Origin: Prorocentrum cordatum
Taxonomy: Eukaryota
Length of the DNA: 53,174 nt
Direction: 5' to 3'
Assembly: GCA_963575745.1 (NCBI GenBank)
Contig: CAUYUJ010000335.1
Location: 62,001 to 115,174, forward strand
The notes beneath the pieces are model-generated. The model did not search any database. It had not been told where the DNA came from and saw only the letters and a list, made by a program, of their open reading frames with translations. A program made the translations under genes and the position numbers. Below, piece after piece: positions 48,240 to 53,174 of the stretch; the stretch's first letter is position 1; each line of letters opens with the position of its first letter.

Positions 48240-51200
48240 ATGGTTAGAGTTGTTACTGCTAACACTACGAGCCACGGGCCAATGGTCCGCATGCTGGAGT
48301 CCGACATCACGTCGCTGGCATTTGATAAGGAGTTGACGGTGTTCTGTATTCAGGAGCACCATCTCAGTGACAAGCTGGCCGACCACCAATCGAGGGTGGG
48401 GGCAGCAGGGTACCACGGGGTCTGGGCCAAGGCGCTGGACACGGACAACGGAGGGACGACGGGTGGGGTGGCTGTTCTATGTCCCAAGCGGGTGCAGATC
48501 ACGGCGCCCCCACGTTGCGAGGATGGGCTGCTGGTCCCAGGCAGAGCAGTAGCAGGCCATGTTCACAGTGCTGTCCGAGGCGGCTTCGTTGTGGTATCCG
48601 TCTATTTGTACGTGGACGACCAGATGGGGGAGAGGAATGTCGCGATCCTGGTGGATGTGGCGGCCTACCTCTTCCGTCTCAACGAGATGGGGATCGAGTG
48701 GGTGGTTGGAGGTGACTTTCAGATGGAGCCTGACAAGTTGATGTCGTGGGCCGCCGCATTCGGGGGCGTGGTGTCCGCCACAGCGGATCCTACATGCGTG
48801 CAGGCGGTGCCAGGCTCCACGATCGACTTCTTCGTGATAAGTGCTAACTTAGCGATCAGAACCACCCCAGCTGTTGTGCTCGAGGATGTGTGTCTCGCTC
48901 CCCACAAACCGGTTTCCTTCGGCATTCGAGGGGCTGATGTTAAGCTGTGGTGCAGAGTTGCATGCCAGCCCAAGAGGATGCCAGTAGTTGCTAAGGCAGG
49001 ATGTGCGCGTTTCCCCAGGCGGTGGGCGCGTTTTCGTCAGCAGGTAGCCCAGGCCCGAGATGAAGAAGATCTCAGTGTCAGGTGGGACGAGTTTCTTACG
49101 AAAGTTGAGCGTGAGCTTCTGGACCGACACGATATTGTAGGGCCGCAACGTTCTTTCTACGAGGGCTACGCTGGCAAGCATGATGTGACATGGAAGGAGC
49201 TCAGTTTCGTGCCAAAGAAGCGTGCGGTCCAGCTGCAGCCTGTTCAGGCAGCGTGGGCCACGGCGGCCAGGTGGGCCCGCCACCTGCGATCGGTCAGCCA
49301 GGCCCTGCACACGTTCGCGCCGAGGCTGGAGGTGGACGACGGCGACCAGACAAGGCGTTTCCGACGTATGGCCAAGGTGCTGGTGGATGCCGACAGGTTT
49401 TGCGACCGTATCACCAAGGTGGAGTGGGTGCACAAGGAGCTGGACCCCCTCAGTAGTGCTCTTTTTAAGGCTGGCCTGTCGGCCCTGGCCGACCCTTTCT
49501 TTCAGGATTTGCGTGACCGCATCTTGGAGCGAGCATCGCTTCAGGAGTCGGCCCATCTTGCCAGCAAGTCAGAGGACTGGCAACGATGGGTTCGAGAGAG
49601 CTTCTCAGGAGGAGCCCGCCAGGCGCACAGGTACTCTAGAGCTCGAGCTGTCCAGGAGGTCATTGGAGCCACCCAGAGAGCCCAGCCCTTTGAGCTTTCT
49701 GATGAGGTTGTCTCGGACTGGGGGCTTATTTGGGCTACTCATGGGTGTACTAGGCCCGAGATCCCTGGGGACGCCGATTCTTGGGAAGAACTCCCAGTGC
49801 TTTCGGTAGCTGACCTGAGAGCTGTCATTTTGAAGTTCCCTGTGTCCACGGCAGTGGGGTGTTGTAAAATACATCCTCGCTCGCTTCTGTACCTTTCGGA
49901 CCAGGCCCTTGAGGCCTTCGCATCATTGCTGCATCAATGCGAACGCTGTCTCTGTTGGCCAAAAGACAGGATAGTGAGCAGGCTATTCCGTCTTGCCAAG
50001 CCAGACGGGGGGCATCGTTTGATCGCGCTGCTAGACTCTTTCATCAGAGTATGGGCGCGAGCCCGCAGGCCTATCAGCGAGGCCTGGGAGCGTGCCAATA
50101 GGACGGAGGAGTTCTGGGGTAGCGGGAAGGGGAGGAGCGCGAGCGATTCGGCCTTCGATTTGAACCTTTCCGCTGAAGTTGCCAAAGCTCAGGGCCTGCA
50201 CTGGATCAGCGTGCTCTTAGACATGGCCAAATGTTATGAAATGATCAAGCTTTCGGCTCTTTTTGACGTTTATCGGAGAGTGGGTTTCCCCCTTCGATTA
50301 GGTTGGATGTTGATTCAAAGCTATGTGGCGCCCCGTAGGATCGACGCGTGCGGGAGCTTGAGCGACAGCTATGTTTCTTTTCAGGGCATTTTAGCAGGCT
50401 GTGCTCACGCCTGCGCCAACATGCTTGCAGTGCTGCTGGACCCTGTCAAAAAGATTGTCGCTAGGTATCCGTCTATTAAGCCGAGAGCCCTCATGGATGA
50501 TATATCCCTTCAATGGTGTGGCGAGACCGCCAAAGGAGGGGAGCTGGTCTTTGCTGCGACGCGAGAGCTGTGCCACCTTCTAGCCCCGATTGGTCTCCTT
50601 TTGCAGCCAAACAAGTCTGGGTTCCTCGCGAGTACGACAGCGGCAGAAAAAGAAGTTCGGTTGTCGGCTCGCATGATAGGGTTTCACAGCAAGGCTCATC
50701 TTCGCAACTTGGGCCATGATTTGCACGGTAGGCGTGTAATTCGCAAAGTTGAAAAAGCCAGGGTCGCCAAGCTCCAGGGGCGTCGGGCCAAACTTCGGGT
50801 CCTGAAGAAAGCCGCGGGGCCTAAGGTGGCCATGCTCTGGCGGACTGGGCTCATGCCCTGTGGGGCCCACGGGGCCGCGGTGTCTGGGGTCTCGGATCAG
50901 GTCCTCAGAAGCCTGCGTGCAGCGGCGGCCGAGCTTGCAGGAGCTAGAGGCCGCATGCACGTCACGGCCTTTCTAAGTACGCATCGGGACGAGAACTATG
51001 ACCCATTAGTCGATGCTACAGTGCCTCTTGTTTTTCGATACTGCTGCTGGATCTGGGACCGTCGTGCTAGTGATGTAGATCTTTGGCATGCGTGGAACGC
51101 GGCGGCCTCACGGCTAGCCAACAGACCGCTCTGGAGAGATGTTCGAGGGCCCGTGGGAGCCGTCTTTTTGAGCCTGTTGCGCGTGGGATGGGCCCTTGTG

Positions 51201-52862
51201 GGACCGACCCATATTCGGACCGACCAGGGAGTTGCGTTGTCGCTTTGCCACGTTTCGCCCTGGGATTTAAAACGCCAGCTCATCGAGGGTATTAACAGAG
51301 CGCAGATGATTCAGCTCGTGTCGGCCATCCCCGAAGCTTCTGGCGAGGAGATCGTTTGGGGTCGTGCGCTGCGGGTCGCGGTGAACTCCGCGAGGGAACC
51401 TAAGAGGCGCGCGACCTTGAAGGCCTTGCTAGCAGGGGGGCTCTGGCCGCCAGCTCGGAAGTTTAGTCATGGATTGGCCGATTCGAACCTTTGTCAGTTT
51501 TGCAAGCAGCAAATAGGCACGTTCGGCCATCACTGGTATGAATGCGAGGAGCTCTGGCGCCAGGGTGATGCCCCAGAGGCAGGGCCCGCATTGCCAGAGG
51601 AAAGTTTCAAGCGAAGGCAGCTGCTCAAGGACTCGGCCCGAGGAATTCCCCCCGACTTCGATTCGGTTGAGTTGGTTTACGGTTTGCCGTTTCAGCCTGT
51701 GGTTTTGGAGCCAGTCCCGAGCGTGCTGCCTGTTTTGTCTTGGGGGGCCACCCACCTTCCTTGGGGAAAACGGGTCTACACCGACGGCTCTGGCCACGCC
51801 AACGGAGTCCCCGAGATGGCCCGCTGCGGCTGGGCGGTAGTCGAGATGTCGGCCCGTGGATGGCCGATCAGGGCCCTGTATGGAGGCCTCGCGGGACGGT
51901 GCCAGACGGTGCCGCGAGCCGAACGACAGGCCCTCTTGGAAGCTTTGAAGGTGGCCCCCCCTGGTGCTGAATTGGTCTCGGACCACCTCTCGGCTGTGAC
52001 CGAGGGCAACAGCTGGGATCCAGCCCTGGCGACGGGAGCGTTCAAGCACGCGTCAGTCTGGAGACGAATTCTTAAAATCGTCGGAGCGAAGGAACGACCT
52101 TCCTTCCGTTGGACCCCCGCCCATGGAGATCTGGACGAGATTTTGGAGGGTGAGTGGTCGTGTGATGGGGCTGGTGTTTCGCGTGAGTCCGATCTCCTTG
52201 GGAACGGGTGGGCGGACTTTTTCGCGAAGCTGGGGGCTGCTCAGATCCGAGCGGCCGAGAGTGCAGTCGAGGCAGTCAGAGTTGGCCTCAGCGAGGCCAA
52301 GCTGAATTTTGCTTTTATTTCGCGGGCGGCCCAATTCGTGGCCGCGTCTTCGGTCCCCGAGCCGAGGCCGCCTGCCAGGCCGAGAAACACCACGGCCCCT
52401 CCTCTGGCCCTGATGGCCCACGACCTCGAAATGATTCCGTCTGGAGGTGCGCGGTGCACATGGTGCCACAGTATCGCGAAGTCGGCAGGAGGCCGTGCCA
52501 GGCTTGAGCAGCCAAGCGCGGTCTGCAGGCCAACCGACTTGCACTTGTTTTTAGCCGCTGTCCGACATCACCGCCTCGGGGGCGTCCTCCCTAGGGCGCG
52601 AGGTGAGGCGGTGCGTCGAGCGTGGCAGGCCCTCGGCTTCGAGGGAGAGCAGGGAGAGGCTGTCGCCCCGCCGTCGGTCTTCCATTTCTTGCAGCACCAG
52701 GTCGCGGCTGTTGGCCGCTACCTGATCTGTCACCGTTGTGGGGCCCACGCGCTGATTGAGGCGCCGAGCTGGCGTGCCCTGCTTCAGGCCTGCACAGGAC
52801 GCATGTCCAAGGACCAGCGGTGGTTCCTGGACCGTGTCAGTGCAGGGCGCGAGCCCCGATAG
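48240..52862 (+). CDS. LINE ORF2p: AP endonuclease, reverse transcriptase, CCHC-type zinc finger and RNase H (1540 aa)
   Basis: APE: TAN, IQEHH, GGVA, SVY, GDFQ, TIDFF, PHKPV. RT: KPDGGHRLIAL, LLDMAKCYE, GILAGC, LMDD, RNLG. Zinc finger: CQFC..GTFGHHWYEC. RNase H: YTDGS, VPRAE, SD, WTPAH, GNGWADFFAK. Confidence 0.95.
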   Translation: MVRVVTANTTSHGPMVRMLESDITSLAFDKELTVFCIQEHHLSDKLADHQSRVGAAGYHGVWAKALDTDNGGTTGGVAVLCPKRVQITAPPRCEDGLLVPGRAVAGHVHSAVRGGFVVVSVYLYVDDQMGERNVAILVDVAAYLFRLNEMGIEWVVGGDFQMEPDKLMSWAAAFGGVVSATADPTCVQAVPGSTIDFFVISANLAIRTTPAVVLEDVCLAPHKPVSFGIRGADVKLWCRVACQPKRMPVVAKAGCARFPRRWARFRQQVAQARDEEDLSVRWDEFLTKVERELLDRHDIVGPQRSFYEGYAGKHDVTWKELSFVPKKRAVQLQPVQAAWATAARWARHLRSVSQALHTFAPRLEVDDGDQTRRFRRMAKVLVDADRFCDRITKVEWVHKELDPLSSALFKAGLSALADPFFQDLRDRILERASLQESAHLASKSEDWQRWVRESFSGGARQAHRYSRARAVQEVIGATQRAQPFELSDEVVSDWGLIWATHGCTRPEIPGDADSWEELPVLSVADLRAVILKFPVSTAVGCCKIHPRSLLYLSDQALEAFASLLHQCERCLCWPKDRIVSRLFRLAKPDGGHRLIALLDSFIRVWARARRPISEAWERANRTEEFWGSGKGRSASDSAFDLNLSAEVAKAQGLHWISVLLDMAKCYEMIKLSALFDVYRRVGFPLRLGWMLIQSYVAPRRIDACGSLSDSYVSFQGILAGCAHACANMLAVLLDPVKKIVARYPSIKPRALMDDISLQWCGETAKGGELVFAATRELCHLLAPIGLLLQPNKSGFLASTTAAEKEVRLSARMIGFHSKAHLRNLGHDLHGRRVIRKVEKARVAKLQGRRAKLRVLKKAAGPKVAMLWRTGLMPCGAHGAAVSGVSDQVLRSLRAAAAELAGARGRMHVTAFLSTHRDENYDPLVDATVPLVFRYCCWIWDRRASDVDLWHAWNAAASRLANRPLWRDVRGPVGAVFLSLLRVGWALVGPTHIRTDQGVALSLCHVSPWDLKRQLIEGINRAQMIQLVSAIPEASGEEIVWGRALRVAVNSAREPKRRATLKALLAGGLWPPARKFSHGLADSNLCQFCKQQIGTFGHHWYECEELWRQGDAPEAGPALPEESFKRRQLLKDSARGIPPDFDSVELVYGLPFQPVVLEPVPSVLPVLSWGATHLPWGKRVYTDGSGHANGVPEMARCGWAVVEMSARGWPIRALYGGLAGRCQTVPRAERQALLEALKVAPPGAELVSDHLSAVTEGNSWDPALATGAFKHASVWRRILKIVGAKERPSFRWTPAHGDLDEILEGEWSCDGAGVSRESDLLGNGWADFFAKLGAAQIRAAESAVEAVRVGLSEAKLNFAFISRAAQFVAASSVPEPRPPARPRNTTAPPLALMAHDLEMIPSGGARCTWCHSIAKSAGGRARLEQPSAVCRPTDLHLFLAAVRHHRLGGVLPRARGEAVRRAWQALGFEGEQGEAVAPPSVFHFLQHQVAAVGRYLICHRCGAHALIEAPSWRALLQACTGRMSKDQRWFLDRVSAGREPR

Positions 52863-53054
52863 GGGCGAGCAAGGGTGGGCCGACCCTGGGGGTTAGCCCA
52901 CCGCCTGCTCGCCCCTATCTGGGGCTCGTTCTTTCCTTGCGGGCGGTGCTGCGCTGAGCACCCGCCCTTTCCTTTTCGTTGAGAGGCATGCCTCTCGGTG
53001 CATCGCGGCCAGCGCCCGAACTGACGAGCGCTCGCATCGGCGTGGAACGTGGAA

Positions 53055-53070
53055 CGTCGTCGTCGTCGTC

Positions 53071-53168
<98 letters not shown>

Positions 53169-53174
53169 CGTAGT
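53055..53174. repeat. (CGT)6 followed by (AGT)n microsatellite
   Basis: Direct reading of the sequence. Confidence 0.97.

Larger units (their letters stand above)
46830..53054 (+). mobile_element. Full-length non-LTR retrotransposon (LINE; APE, RT and RNase H)
   Basis: Two uninterrupted ORFs, short UTRs and (CGT)n on both flanks; the 3' end is (CGTGGAA)2. Confidence 0.95.

Noticed and set aside
46842..52862. The 2006-aa ORF as the literal ORF2 protein
   Set aside because: It starts at a TTG inside the SL; recognisable APE sequence begins only at ATG 48240. The open frame is kept as a separate finding.

Overview
Repeat-rich, GC-rich eukaryotic DNA, almost certainly dinoflagellate: it contains an exact 22-nt dinoflagellate spliced leader (DinoSL) and a gene whose introns all begin GC or GA. 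Main contents: (1) The 3' part of a minus-strand host gene that I assembled by hand from nine 47-120 bp exons spread over about 30 kb (31570 to 1434). It encodes about 244 aa, Cys-rich, function unknown. Its introns are filled with microsatellites, minisatellites and MITEs (a hAT-like family with 8-bp TSDs and a Tc1/mariner-like family with TA TSDs). (2) A complete 6.9-kb tyrosine-recombinase retrotransposon (DIRS order, split direct repeats A1...B1-A2-B2; 38408-45354, minus strand) inserted in (TA)n. Its Pol carries a C5 cytosine-methyltransferase-like domain nested inside the RNase H domain. (3) An apparently intact 6.2-kb LINE (46830-53054, plus strand; ORF1 zinc finger plus coiled coil; ORF2 APE-RT-zinc finger-RNase H) inserted in a (GTC)n/(GTA)n microsatellite. 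It begins with a full-length DinoSL followed directly by a diverged SL-like copy, and it has no poly(A) tail. The SL-headed LINE and the methyltransferase-within-RNase H element are the most interesting systems. All domain calls come from motif recognition by eye; no searches were run.
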